Shown here in pieces: positions 27,481 through 41,679 of a stretch of DNA of 64,000 nt. The translations under genes were made by a program, and so were the position numbers. This stretch comes from the human T2T-CHM13v2.0 reference genome, Homo sapiens. Position 1 is the first letter of the stretch. Each line of letters begins with the position of its first letter. The notes under the pieces were generated by a model, which was not told the DNA's origin, made no database searches, and saw only the letters and a program-made list of their open reading frames with translations. The DNA lies in NCBI RefSeq assembly GCF_009914755.1, contig NC_060929.1; one strand, given 5' to 3'.

Positions 27481-27580
27481 TAGTCATCCAATGAGTATTC
27501 ATGGAGTACCTGCTCTCAACCACCCTGTTCCAGGACTGAGGATACATTGATGAGCAAAACAAACATTTCATCTGTCTCGC
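27481..27580 (-). mobile_element. L2 3' end fragment
   Basis: 'caatgagtattcatggagtacctgc..ctgttccaggactgaggatacattgatgagcaaaacaaaca' resembles the reverse L2 terminus (tatttattgagcacctac..ggggatacagcagtgaacaaaacagac). Confidence 0.6.
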
Positions 27581-28024
27581 CATGCCCTTTCCTCCAAGTT
27601 ACCAAAGTTTAAGAATGCTGGAAACCCAAGTGCTCCCTCCTTACCAGTGCCCCAGGTATGTTTCATGTTAAAATCTCACACACTAGGTATCAGCTAGAGG
27701 GGTAAGGTCAGGGTGTGGCTATACAGACAACCATGTGATAACTCAGAACTCATGGAAAATCCTCCTCCTTTTATTGGAAATTCTTCTTCTGAGCCATCAT
27801 TAAATTATTTTTCTCTAATTTTCCAATTCTTACTAATTTTCTGGAGTATTTTATAGCTTTTGATCTGTAAGTTGATTTCCTTATAACCTTTAATACATAA
27901 ACAAACATTAGAATGATCTAATTTATAAATTAAAATTTTAAGTTTTATCCTGTTTGTAAGAGAAAATGTTTAAAATGTAAGACCAAAGACCAAATATATT
28001 TCCATGAGACAGAGCATTGGCAGG

Positions 28025-28111
28025 AAGGGGTGAAGGGTCTTCCCGCTGACCATCCCGCGGGATTTGTAAGGAAGAGGGTGAAGTGTCCTCCCGCTGACTA
28101 TCTGCGGGGAT
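28025..28111. repeat. Two-copy ~49-bp direct repeat
   Basis: 'gggtgaagggtcttcccgctgaccatcccgcggg' and 'gggtgaagtgtcctcccgctgactatctgcggg'. Confidence 0.75.
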
Positions 28112-29572
28112 GCAGCCCAGCTGCTCAGCGCCAGCTGCTGTTGCTTGTGTTTGTATCTGAGTCTTGGGACCCTCTCATCAAAGTTCCCTCAAGAACTCCT
28201 GTCCCAGGCTGTGGCACCCTTGACAGCATGTCAGGGAAGGGGCAGTCATGGTCCTTGTATGGTGACCAAGCCCTGGCCCCACAAGGGACTGAAGAAAAAG
28301 CCATTGGTCAACCACTTTGGCACCGCAGCAAACCTCAGGCTTCAAGTGTACTTTCCATGTCACAACCTGGTTCCCTCCCACCTCCGTCATCCCCTTCACT
28401 GAGCAAGTCCTTCCTGAGAGAGAAAGGCAGCCTCCAGGCCCAGAAGTTTCTTGATGTACTTCTAAGAAATGGATTCACAATGAGCAGTGATGATACATTC
28501 TTTTTGGGGGTGGCCAAAAGGTATTCCAAGGTCCCTCTTTGTCCTGTGGCCTTGTCCCAGGCATGGAGCTACTTGGGACATGGGGGGACTTGGTACCTGC
28601 CCCAGCTCAAGTGTCTTCACCTCTGGGGCATCACAAACCCTCAACTCACCGCAGAAGCCCCTGAGTCTAGCGGGACCCAGATGTGTTCGTGCCGCTCGTA
28701 GGTGAGGTAGCTCTGGGCTTAGATGTTGCTCTGTTTGCCCTTCTAAGGTGAATGCAGCATCTTAAGCTACTCAGAGGCATGGTCTGTGTTCAGCACAATA
28801 CACTGCTATGCACATAATATGCGACGTGATGTTTAATTTTGCAATAAAAATGTGACTTGGATCCAGAACTGAATTAAGTCTTCTCCTGCAAATGTGACAG
28901 ATCTGCCATGGTCCCAGCAGGGGAACAGAAGCAGCTTAAGGGGCTTCAACGTAGGAAACTGGACGCAGGCAGCCATGCGGCCATAGCAGGGGGCAGTGGT
29001 TCGGGGACTGGCAGCTGTGTCAGCAAAACTAGCACTGAGAACTTCAACCTCATCACCCAGAGCTTCCTGGAAGCCACTGCCACCATTAGGACTTTGGGGA
29101 AGCTCCCGCCAGACACGACCTGGCCTCCCCCAGAGGGCTTTGCTCATGCGGCACCCTTCTCTCCTCCTGGGCTTCCCATTTCCTTCTGTGATGGAGAGGC
29201 GGCCTTGAGGGGCACTGAATTGGCATCAGACTCCTGATCACCAGGAGCCCTTCGTGAGACTTCAGGGAGCCCTTAATGTGTGGAAGCCATGCTGTTTGCT
29301 GGTCTGGGGACCCCAGGCCTCTGCTGCCAGCAATGCCCTCTCTGGGGCAAGAGACCTTTGAAGGTGCAGCCATTTGAGATGGTCACCTTTGGTGCCTAGA
29401 ACCCTCCTGGAACTTCCTGGGTAGGCCCCTGGCGAGCTTCCCTCAAGCACCCACCGTCACAGGCACTGTGGCTGACACACTGCTTTCTTCTAGAGAGAAG
29501 CTGAATAGCTAAGGACCAGAAGAGCTGCCAGGTGTTGGCATGTTAAGTGTACCAGTCAAAAATGTTATATTT

Positions 29573-29870
<298 letters not shown>

Positions 29871-31324
29871 TCAAACTGAGTTCCAGAGACAAGTGGGGAT
29901 GGAGGTGGCTTTGCAGTCCTTGGCTACCCAGGCACTGGGGCTGGGAGGGACTCTCTGCCGTCACCTGTCCGGACAATTGGTTCTCCCAGCAGGTGTGGTT
30001 TTTGCTGTCTGCACAGCTCAGCCCTGTGCACCAGAGCTTCAGACGCCAACCAGAGTGCTTTGGCTGGAGCGGCAGGACCTGTGATGGCTCCTTAACACCT
30101 TCCTCCTTCAGAGCCACTCGCCTGTGCTGGAGGCTCCTGCAACTCCTACCCAGGCCCGGGGCACCTGGCACGCTGCAGGAGTGAGGCCCAGGACCTGTGA
30201 TCCTGTTGCAGAAAACTCGACACACCAGGGCTGGCGGCAGCTCCAGGGTTAATTATCCACAGTCCCTGGAAGAAAGCAAACAGTCCATCCAGGGCGCTGG
30301 TTTGTAGAATGAATTTTCAATGTGTAGCCCACAGAGGGCCACTGGTTGTGGTCAATAAATAAAAACAGTCCTGACGTTTATTGTTGTAGGGAGTAATTAT
30401 AATTCGCAGGCCTGGACTCTTTGTGCTGCTGAATGCCTCGTTTGTGGCGTGCATGGGCGGACCCATTAACTTCGGGGCGCTCTTTCCATGGGAGCACTAT
30501 CACTCACTGAGGACCGATCAATATTTCATCTGCACAGCATCTTGACTGAGGATGTCTGGACCCATTGTGGGCCTTGGTGATAATGAGTCCTTTATTCAAG
30601 CCAGCTTGTAGGAACAAGAAGATAAAGAAAAGGGGAGAGAATTATAGCACATGCTCAGGAAAGGATTGTAAAGGTTATAAGCAGAAAACAAGAGGAAAGC
30701 CACAGAATGGGTAGCAAATTGGAGAAGACGGTGCGGCGGCTTCTGAAGTCATAAAAAAGGAAGTAATAAAGTGAAGTAATAAAGAAAGAAGTAATAAAGA
30801 AAAGAAGAGAGGGGATATTTTCATAGAGTTTTCCTTAACATGCACAAAATCTGTGTTATAATGTCTTTTGAAATGCATGCTTTTGTAAAAGTTAACTTTA
30901 TTAACCTTTGAGGGTTAACAGACAAGTATTTTTGTAATATTCTGAGTAATTTAAGGATTTGTCCTATAAATAAGATCTTTGACCCACATCCCCCCCTTAG
31001 ACGAAGCCCAAAGATGGGACTTCCGGAAGGTTCCTGATTTCCTAATTCAAGCGTACCACTTTCCCAATGATTTCCACATCCCCTCGCTGCGGCCCCAGGT
31101 TCAGCAGTTGCTGCAGAGCTGGATGAAAAGGCTTGAGGTCAGCACATTGTAGAGTGTTGACATTAAACATCTATATCATGTGGCTGAGCACACGCTTCGC
31201 TTAGGGCCGCCTCAGTCTTGCAACAGCCATCTGGCCACTTCCAAGTAGTCATGCTTTCCAGCACTCACGAGTCACGTGTGCCGGGCTGTGTCCTAACAAC
31301 CGGAAGGGAAGAGTCATGCTGGGA

Positions 31325-31460
31325 TGCCCACTTTACTCGTTAGAAAAAGGAGGCTGGAGTCCGGGTGACTTGCCAAGGTCGAGACCCTGGTAGTGTTGGA
31401 GGCAGGGTTTGAATTATTTGATTCTAGAACCCAGGTTTTAATAACACTGGCCATGCTGTC
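31325..31460 (-). mobile_element. MIR fragment
   Basis: 'cccacttta..gtgacttgccaaggtc..ggcagggtttgaa..ttctagaacccag' MIR core-like. Confidence 0.55.
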
Positions 31461-33260
31461 TTTAAGATCAGCACCTAATTCCAAAGGTTGTCTTTGTCCA
31501 TGCCTGTGATCATCTCGTGGTGCGGGGCCATCTTCCCTTCTATATGAGCCCCTTCTGAGGGGTGGGTCTTCGGAGGAGAGGTACAGAGATACTCACTTCC
31601 TTGGGGCCTGGGATCTCCACTCCAGCGGCCCTAGAACCCCTCTACTGCACTGGAGTAGGGGCTCTGGGCCCTGCAGCCTAGAGATACCGGCCCCAGTGGA
31701 AGAGCCTGGTGTTTTGGTCTCGGTTTATTTTGCTTTAGCTCATGATGAGTGCAGATGCCAAGATGCAGCAAAGCCCCCAGAAGATGCTGAGGCGTCTTCC
31801 TCCATCTGAATTCTCCATGCAGCTGTGGATTCACGTTTCCAGACCAGTGCTTCTAATAGACACACTGCAACGGCTCAAGGTGAATTGGAGAGAACGATTT
31901 AGTCCTCCACCGTCTACATCACAGAACCCTGCATTTCCGAGCCCTCTATTTGGGCCATGTTTACCTGTCCCTGCCTGGAGGAAAAGGCTTCTGCCATGGT
32001 GGGCGTGATCCCACTGGGCTCAAGGAACAGCCCTTGTGGAGAGGGATTAGAAGGGAAACTGAGGAAGGAGAAGAGAGAACAAAGCTTCAATGAGAAAACT
32101 AAATAATAACGAGGAGCAGGGACTGGAAGGTGGGTATGAAGCAGTGTCTGAGCGAGTCAGACCGTGCTATACCCACTGAGGTGGGGAACATGAAGCCTTG
32201 ACAACTCTAGATTTTAGATTATCTACATCCGTAAAACAACTTAATGTTAACAGCCAATGCCACCAATACAAAGATGCCATTTTAGCAAATGTGACAGATG
32301 AAAGGTTAATATGTTTAAAAGAAGTAGTTCTGACATATACATTTAAAAACTCACAAAAAGCAATAAAAAATGACGAAAAAAATTAATAGGCAACTAACAA
32401 AAGAAGAGCAATATGCCAAAATATCTTTTTCATCTCCTTAGCGATGAAACAAATTGCAACTTGAATGCTATACTAGAACTTGCTCCTCAAAAAAAATGAA
32501 GGAGTTGTACAGCAGAGCCAGTTCTCCCTTGGGCTGGGTGGACAGCACGCCGCGTGCACTGCCCAGGGCGTGAGGACCACGCACACCTGTCTGGGGGATG
32601 TGGAGACCTGGCGATCAGGAGCCTGGAAGATGCAGAAAGTCGCTCATGCGCTGGCTCTGGTTCTAGGGTAGAGCACCGGGAAATACGCAGACAGGGACAG
32701 ATGCAGGCAGAAACTTATTTAGTGCTGTTTAAATTAAGTATGTCACAGGTAATGATTTCGTGATTTAAAAAGTAAACTTTAAAATGGATGTAAAACAAGA
32801 GTATCAATATCTCTGGATGAAAAGCAGAATAAGAGAAGAGCCAGTGCTGGTGAAAGTATCATTGAGTCTGAGATTTGCGGAGATTTGCTGACGCTGCTGG
32901 AAGGGTCTGAACGAATGGGAAACAGCTCAGAGGCTGAACCCAGACCCCGCAGGTGCACAGCAAGGGAGCCGAGTTTCCTCCAGCGCTTGGAAAAAAAGTG
33001 TTTACTTTGCCAGCGGACCTTGTCGCAGGAGTGGAGGAACGGCCTGGAAGCGCACTTGTGATCTCAGCAAACTGCTGAAATCTGTACTGATTGAGGAAAA
33101 GTATCCCTGTTAAAGGACGCGTGTTCATGTATGAAAGAAGTGGCTTGAAATGGAAGATCGTTCTTGTTCCCGTGTCTATAATTTAACATCTGAATATTCT
33201 AGCATGAGATTTCTTCTAATCTGTGCCATGATTAAGGAGCCATGCCATCCTGTTGTCAGG

Positions 33261-33403
33261 TGGATTAGTCAGGGTTCTCCAGAGGGACAGAACTAATAGG
33301 ATATATCTATATCTATTTCTATATCTGTATCTATATATGGGAGTTTATATAGTTTATTTATAAATGATATATAAACTATATACAGAGGAGTTTATTAAGT
33401 ATT
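33261..33403 (-). mobile_element. MLT2A LTR, 3'-terminal piece (rearranged LTR part 1)
   Basis: 'attagtcagggttctccagagggacagaactaataggatatat..gagtttattaagtatta' is the reverse complement of the MLT2A end (compare 54251-54286 and 53820-53838). Confidence 0.88.
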
Positions 33404-34312
33404 ATATATAAAATAATATTATATAATATATAATATATAATAATAGATTATATTATATATACTATAGTATATATAATATAATAAATTATATTATATATAC
33501 TATAGTATATATAATATATAATAAATTATATTATATATACTATAGTATATATAATATATAATAAATTATATATTATATATACTATAGTATATATAATGTA
33601 TCATATATAATAAATTATATTATATATAATATAATAAATTATATATAATATATTATATTTTATATTATATATAATATATTATATATTATATTTTATATTA
33701 TATAATATATTATATATTATATATGATATCATATATTATATATTATATTTTATATATGATATATTATATATTATATCATATATGATATAATATATTATAT
33801 AATATAATATATGATATAATATATGATATAATATAATATATGATATAATATATGATATAATATATTATATATTATATTTTATATATGATATAATATATTA
33901 TATCATATATTATATATTATATAATATATTATATCATATATTATATCATATATTATATATTATATAATATATTATATCATATATTATATATTATATTTTA
34001 TATATGATATAATATATTATATATGATATAACATATTATATATTATATGATATAATATTTTATATATGATATAATATATTATATATTATATCATATATAA
34101 AATATTATATCATATAATATATAATATATTATATAAAATATTATATTATATAATATATAATATATGATATAAAATATTATATTATATAATGTATAATATA
34201 TTATATAAACTATTATATTATATAATATAATATATAATATAATATATCATATATTATATAATATAATATATGATATAATATATTATATATTATATGTACA
34301 TATATTATATGT
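33404..34312. repeat. ~900-bp AT-rich array with embedded perfect palindromes
   Basis: Almost exclusively A/T; 36-bp perfect palindrome at 33447-33482 centred on actatagt, this core recurring 4 times up to ~33600. Confidence 0.95.
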
Positions 34313-34428
34313 ACTGTTATACTCTTTTTCTTTCCAGTAAATTGTGTGTGGGCAGCAGGGAGGGGAGGATATGGAAAATACTTGAATTCCTCTCTGAACT
34401 TCTCTTTCGAAAATGATTGGTACTTTAA

Positions 34429-34810
34429 TGTGCTGGTTAATACTGAGTGTCAACTTCAGTGGATTGAAGGATGCAAAGTATTGATCCTGGGTGTGTCTGT
34501 GAGGGTGTTGCCAAGGAAGATTAACATTTGAGTCAGTGGGCTGGGAAAGGCAGATCCACCCTTAATCTGGTGGGCACCATCTAATCAGCTTCCAGAGAAT
34601 ATAAAGCAGGCAGAAAACCATGAAAGGGAAAGATGGGCCTAGCCTCCCAGCCTACAGCTTTCTCCTGTGCAGGATGCTTCCTGCCCTTGAACACTGGACT
34701 CCAAGTTCTTCAGTTTTGTGACTCGAAGTGGCTCTCCTTGCTCCTCAGCCTGCAGAGGGCCTATGGTGGGACATTATGAAAGTGTAAGTTAATACTTAAT
34801 AAAATCCCAC
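34429..34810 (+). mobile_element. MLT2A LTR, inverted segment (rearranged LTR part 2)
   Basis: 'tgtgctggttaatactgagtgtcaactt..ggattgaaggatgcaaagtattgatcctggg..taatacttaataaa' closely matches the LTR at 53451-53840. Confidence 0.92.
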
Positions 34811-34873
34811 ATATATTTTATATAAATATATATTATATATTATATATATAATACATATTTATTATATATAAAG

Positions 34874-35067
34874 CATCGTTTTCTGCCTGCTTTATATTCT
34901 CTGGAAGCTGATTAGATGGTGCCCACCAGATTAAGGGTGGATCTGCCTTTCCCAGCCCACTGACTCAAATGTTAATCTTCCTTGGCAACACCCTCACAGA
35001 CACACCCAGGATCAATACTTTGCATCCTTCAATCCACTGAAGTTGACACTCAGTATTAACCAGCACA
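34874..35067 (-). mobile_element. MLT2A LTR, 5' piece in original orientation (rearranged LTR part 3)
   Basis: Reverse complement of LTR 5' ~190 bp ending 'cagtattaaccagcaca'. Confidence 0.92.
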
Positions 35068-35849
35068 TTAAAGTACCAATCATTTTCGAAAGAGAAGTTC
35101 AGAGAGGAATTCAAGTATTTTCCATATCCTCCCCTCCCTGCTGCCCACACACAATTTACTGGAAAGAAAAAGAGTATAACAGTTCTAGGAAGATGGGACA
35201 AGATATCCCTAAACCCAAGGTCCCTGTGGATGAGGACACCAGCAATGGTGGCCAGTCCTGCTGGGTACTCACCTGTGTGTGGAAGAAAGTGCAGGGAAGC
35301 AGCCCTGAATCCACTGAGTCTGGGGTGAGGAGACAGCCTAGGATCCAAGGGGTGTTTCCCGGAAAGCCCTGCAGCCACCCAGAGCTAGGCAGCAGGTGCA
35401 GGGGAGAGCTCTGTCCCCTCAGATAGAGGGCTGGCTGGAGTGCTGGCCAGGTCAGCCCTAACGGCTCCCTCCCAGGCAGGGCCCCATGTGGAGGATAAGC
35501 TGCTTTGATCTGACTGGACAGAGGGAGCAGGACAGAGACGCTGGAGGTGGAGGAATGGGGTCTAGAGAAAAGGGAGCCTGGCAGAGCCGAGAATCTCAGA
35601 AAGCAGCAGCTGTTTTCACACAGTGAAAAACGGAACCCCAGGAAGAATTCCATGAAGACAGAAAAAATATCAGGAGCCATACCAACTCCTCAAGTTCAGG
35701 AAACTTAACTCTCATGGAAACCAGCAATGAAAGAGCACCCAGGTCAAGCCCCACACAAAGCTTTAGCTAGAAAAGGACAGAAGAACATCCCTGCAATAAC
35801 AGAAGAGCACACAGATCCACCCTCCAGTGGGCTCATTCTAAAGAAGCTA

Positions 35850-36600
35850 AAAAAAGAGACACAAAATAGGAAAACAAACCACCAACAGCAAATATCAGAA
35901 TCAGGAAGACACAAAAATGAGGTAAAAGAACCCGGGAAGTAATTGGAAGAAAGCCATCAAAAACAAATAAAGAAATAAAAATTTAAATGAGCAAACAAAA
36001 AAGATAGAATAAAAAATTTACAAATAAAAAAAGGAAGAGATGAAAAGATTTGAAAATGACAAATACTCAAGAAAAGCAACGAAATTTTGACATATTAATA
36101 ATTGGCGTCCCTGGAAAGAAAAATCAAAATAAAAAGAAACAGAAGAAATACTAAAAACTATACTTCAAGAACACTTTTCTGAAATTAAAAGAAAGGAGAA
36201 GATTTGAAACTGCATATTGAGAGAGCACAGCATGTGTCTGAGAATATAAACGTGAATGGCCAAAGTCAAGAGATTTTAGTAAATTTCCTGGCCTTAACAA
36301 AAGAAGGGAAGGAAGGAAGGAAGGAAGAAAGGAAGGAAGGGAGGGAGGGAGGAAGGGAGGGAGGGAGGGAGGGAGAAAGGTAGGCATTTTTTGAGGTCCA
36401 GGCAAAAATAACAAGTGATTTATAAGGAGAGAAAATGATAATTGTCATTTTTTTCAGCAACACATGCCAGAAGTAAATGGAGTAACTTAGTTGTTATGTT
36501 TAAGAAAATAAGAACCAATGATTTTATAGCCAGAGAAAGGTTCTGTTAGTTACCTATTGTCTGTCATCAACATGTAAATCTCTGAAGGAATATTATTGCT
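35850..36600 (+). mobile_element. Ancient L1M/HAL1 ORF1-region remnant, interrupted by polypurine tract 36300-36380
   Basis: A-rich strand with 'ataattggcgtccctggaaag..aagaacacttttctgaaatt..gaaactgcatattgagagagcaca' typical of degenerate L1 ORF1. Confidence 0.55.
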
Positions 36601-37479
36601 ATGATTCTTTCTGAGAAGTCAGGAATTGGTTCTGCTAGAGAATCCTGTGTTTCTGTTGGGTTTTCAATCTGCTCCCCCCTCATATCTTTGTGACTTTATG
36701 GGTAAGTAATATTGGTCCTTGTCTTTGACAAGCATTTCAAATATTGCTTTCTCAACTAGTTTGAATTTGTTTATAATGGTTATAGGTGTTTTTTTTTTCT
36801 TTTGGACACCCAGAAGTTTTTGGTTTAATTTGCTTTTTTTCTGGAGAAGGCAACAAATATTCTGTGAATATAGACGAGGAAAGCTTTCCAAGTTTCCAAT
36901 ATAAGTAGCTCTTCTTTGTGGCTGCCACATTAAAATATGGACCAGTCTGTGGCTTCCCCTGATCCAGAGAAGTTTTTATTGCTATCTGGGATGCTAGGTC
37001 TCCTTAGAGGCTTCCAAAGTTGCATTTTGCTCTCATTTCCTAGAATGTGTTACCTCTCACCTCCTGGGAGGCTTCCCAAGCTTCTCTCTCCTCTTCCTAC
37101 AGAAACGCCTGCCCTGATTACTGTCATGTGCTCAGGGGTGGGCCTCCCTTTTCTGAAGGTTTCCAAGATCCATCACCTGCTCCCCAATCCACAACACATG
37201 CACCTTTCTGGGTGCTCCCTGTTCTGTCCCATGACAACCCATCTACTGCCAAGACTTGCTGTCCTCTGCCTCTGGAAGCCTTTACCTGCATTGTGGACTG
37301 TGCAGCTTCTCCTCCTCTCTTCCCAAGGCCCACTGGACGTGTAATTTGTGAGTATTTCTTCCTAATGTTTTGCTTTTTTGTTGGTGTTTTTTCTGAAAAG
37401 GAGAAGAAGCATTCAGAACAAAGATGCTGTCATGTTCCAATCAGAACCTACTCCAAAGTCTTCATTTGCTTGTTTTCAG

Positions 37480-39700
<2,221 letters not shown>

Positions 39701-39705
39701 ATCTT

Positions 39706-39839
39706 TGGGGGGCTGAGGAATGAGGATCACTTGATCCCAGGAGTTGGAGGCTGCAGTGAGCTACAATTGCACCACTGTACTCCACATGGGGTGAGAGAGT
39801 AAGACTCAGTCTCAAAAATAAAATAAAATAAAATAAAAT
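39706..39839 (+). mobile_element. AluJ right-arm / FRAM-like fragment
   Basis: 'ggctgagg..ggatcacttgatcccaggagttggaggctgcagtgagcta..gtctcaaaaataaaataaa'. Confidence 0.85.
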
Positions 39840-40315
39840 TCTGTGTCAAATAATTTTATTATCTGGAATATTTCCCATCCTACTTGTTGTATGTTTCTTT
39901 TGTTAGATTTTGTTTGCTTGCTTGTTTATTTTTATCATAGATACTTGATTCCTTTGTGTGACCAATTGCTTTTGACTGTGTGCTCATCAGGAACTTAAAT
40001 ATTTATTTGAGGCCTAGAATGAAGGCACATTGTTCCAGAAAATGTTTCCATTTGCTTCATTTTTTTAAATCACTTTATGCTACCTAGATTTGCCACCTTT
40101 ATTTTAAGTTAGGAATCAGAAACTCATTTCCTGTTGATTACAGTGAGTGTCAAGGAGGTTATAGGGATATTGTAAACCCAACCAGAGTCCTCTTCTGCCC
40201 TTGCTGAAATGTCCATTAATTGAGCATGTGTATGCTAAGCACTAGGCAAACACTATCTTATTTAATTTAGACCTGCGAAGTCAGTAATGTTCTCTAGACT
40301 ATATGGGTAGTGGGA

Positions 40316-40543
40316 TTTTATTTATTTAATTTTTAAATTTTATTTTTCCATAAGTTATTGGGGTACAGGTGGTATTCGGTTACATGGGTAAGTTCTTCAG
40401 TGGAGATTTGTGAGAGCCTGGTGCATCCATCACCTGAGCAGTATACATTGCATCATATTTGTTCTCTTTTATCCCTCACCCCCTCTCACTCTTCCCAACT
40501 AGCCCCCAAAGTCCATTGTATCATTCTTATGCCTTTGCATCCA
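40316..40543 (-). mobile_element. L1PB 3' end fragment
   Basis: 'tttccataagttattggggtacaggtggtattcggttacatg..agttcttcagtggagatttgtgaga..gtccattgtatcattcttatgcctttgcatcc'. Confidence 0.85.
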
Positions 40544-40608
40544 TTTGCTTCTGCCAGTGGCCTTCAGTCACTACCAGTCTAGGATCATTTGTGTTTAAGA
40601 ATTGTGGT

Positions 40609-41679
40609 TCTGAGCAAAAAGAACAAAGTTGGAGGAATCACATCACCTAACTTCAAAATATATTACAAGGTGATAGTAGCCAAAATGGCATGATATTAAT
40701 ATAAAAATAGAAACATAGACCAATGGAACAGAATGAAGGACCCAGATATAAATTCACATATTTACAGCCAACTGATCTTTGACAAAGGAGCCAAGAACAT
40801 ACGTTAGAGAACACCTTCTTTAACAAATGGTGCTGGAGTTCACATGCTAAATAATGAAACGGACCCCTATCTCTTACCATATTAACTCAAGATGGATGAA
40901 AGATTTAAATGTAAGACTCAACACTATAAAACTACTAGAAGAAAACTTTGATGGAAATACTTTGGGTATTGACCCAAGTGACCATTTTATGGCTAAGACC
41001 TCAAAAACACAGACAACTAAAACAAAAATAGACAAATAGGACTATATTAAACTAAAAAGCTTCTGAACAGCAAAGGAAACAGTCAAGAGTGTGAAGAGAC
41101 AACCTGTGAAATGAAAGAAAATTTTTGCAAAGTATTCATCCAACAAGGCACGAAATTCCAGAGTATAAAATGGGCTCAAACAACTCAACAGTAAAAGAAT
41201 CAAATAATACCATTAAAAAGTGGGCAAAGTACATGAATAGGCAATCTTAAAAGAAGACATACAAATGACCAACAGATGTATGAAAAATTGCTCAACATCA
41301 CTAATCATCAGAGAAATGCAAATCAAAACCACAATGAGATCATTATACCACAGTTAGAATGGGTGTTATGAAAAAGACAAAAAATAATAGATGCTGGTGA
41401 GGATGTGGAGAAAAGGAATTCTTGTACACTATTGGTGAAAATGTAAATTAGTACGGCCACTGTGGAATACAGGATTACAATTTCTTAAAAAAAGAAAAAT
41501 AGAACTACCATACAATCTAGCAATACCACTACTGGGTATCTAGCCGAAGGAAAAGAAATCAGTATACGAAAGGGATACCTACACTTGCATGTTTATGGCA
41601 GCACTATTCACAATAGCAAAGATAAGCAACAAACCTAAATGTCCACGGATCCCATGGATGAATGGATAAAGAAAATGTG
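40609..41679 (+). mobile_element. L1MA-like ORF2 3' region, part 1 (host of nested L1)
   Basis: 'ctgagcaaaaagaacaaagttggagg..gaccaatggaacagaat..atcagagaaatgcaaatcaaaaccacaatgagat..atgaatggataaagaaaatgtg'. Confidence 0.9.

Larger units (their letters stand above)
34313..35183. repeat. Long inverted repeat: arms 34313-34618 and 34878-35183 (306 bp), 259-bp spacer
   Basis: Arms read as exact reverse complements by eye; ORF track yields the same peptide (WAAGRGG..PRKINI) on + (34346) and - (34965) strands. Confidence 0.97.

Noticed and set aside
28030-28701. 223-aa ORF, longest non-repeat frame
   Set aside because: GTG start, no recognisable domain, composition typical of chance frames in GC-rich DNA
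34346-35378. Identical peptide on opposite strands suggesting duplicated gene
   Set aside because: Consequence of the inverted duplication of LTR plus flank, non-coding
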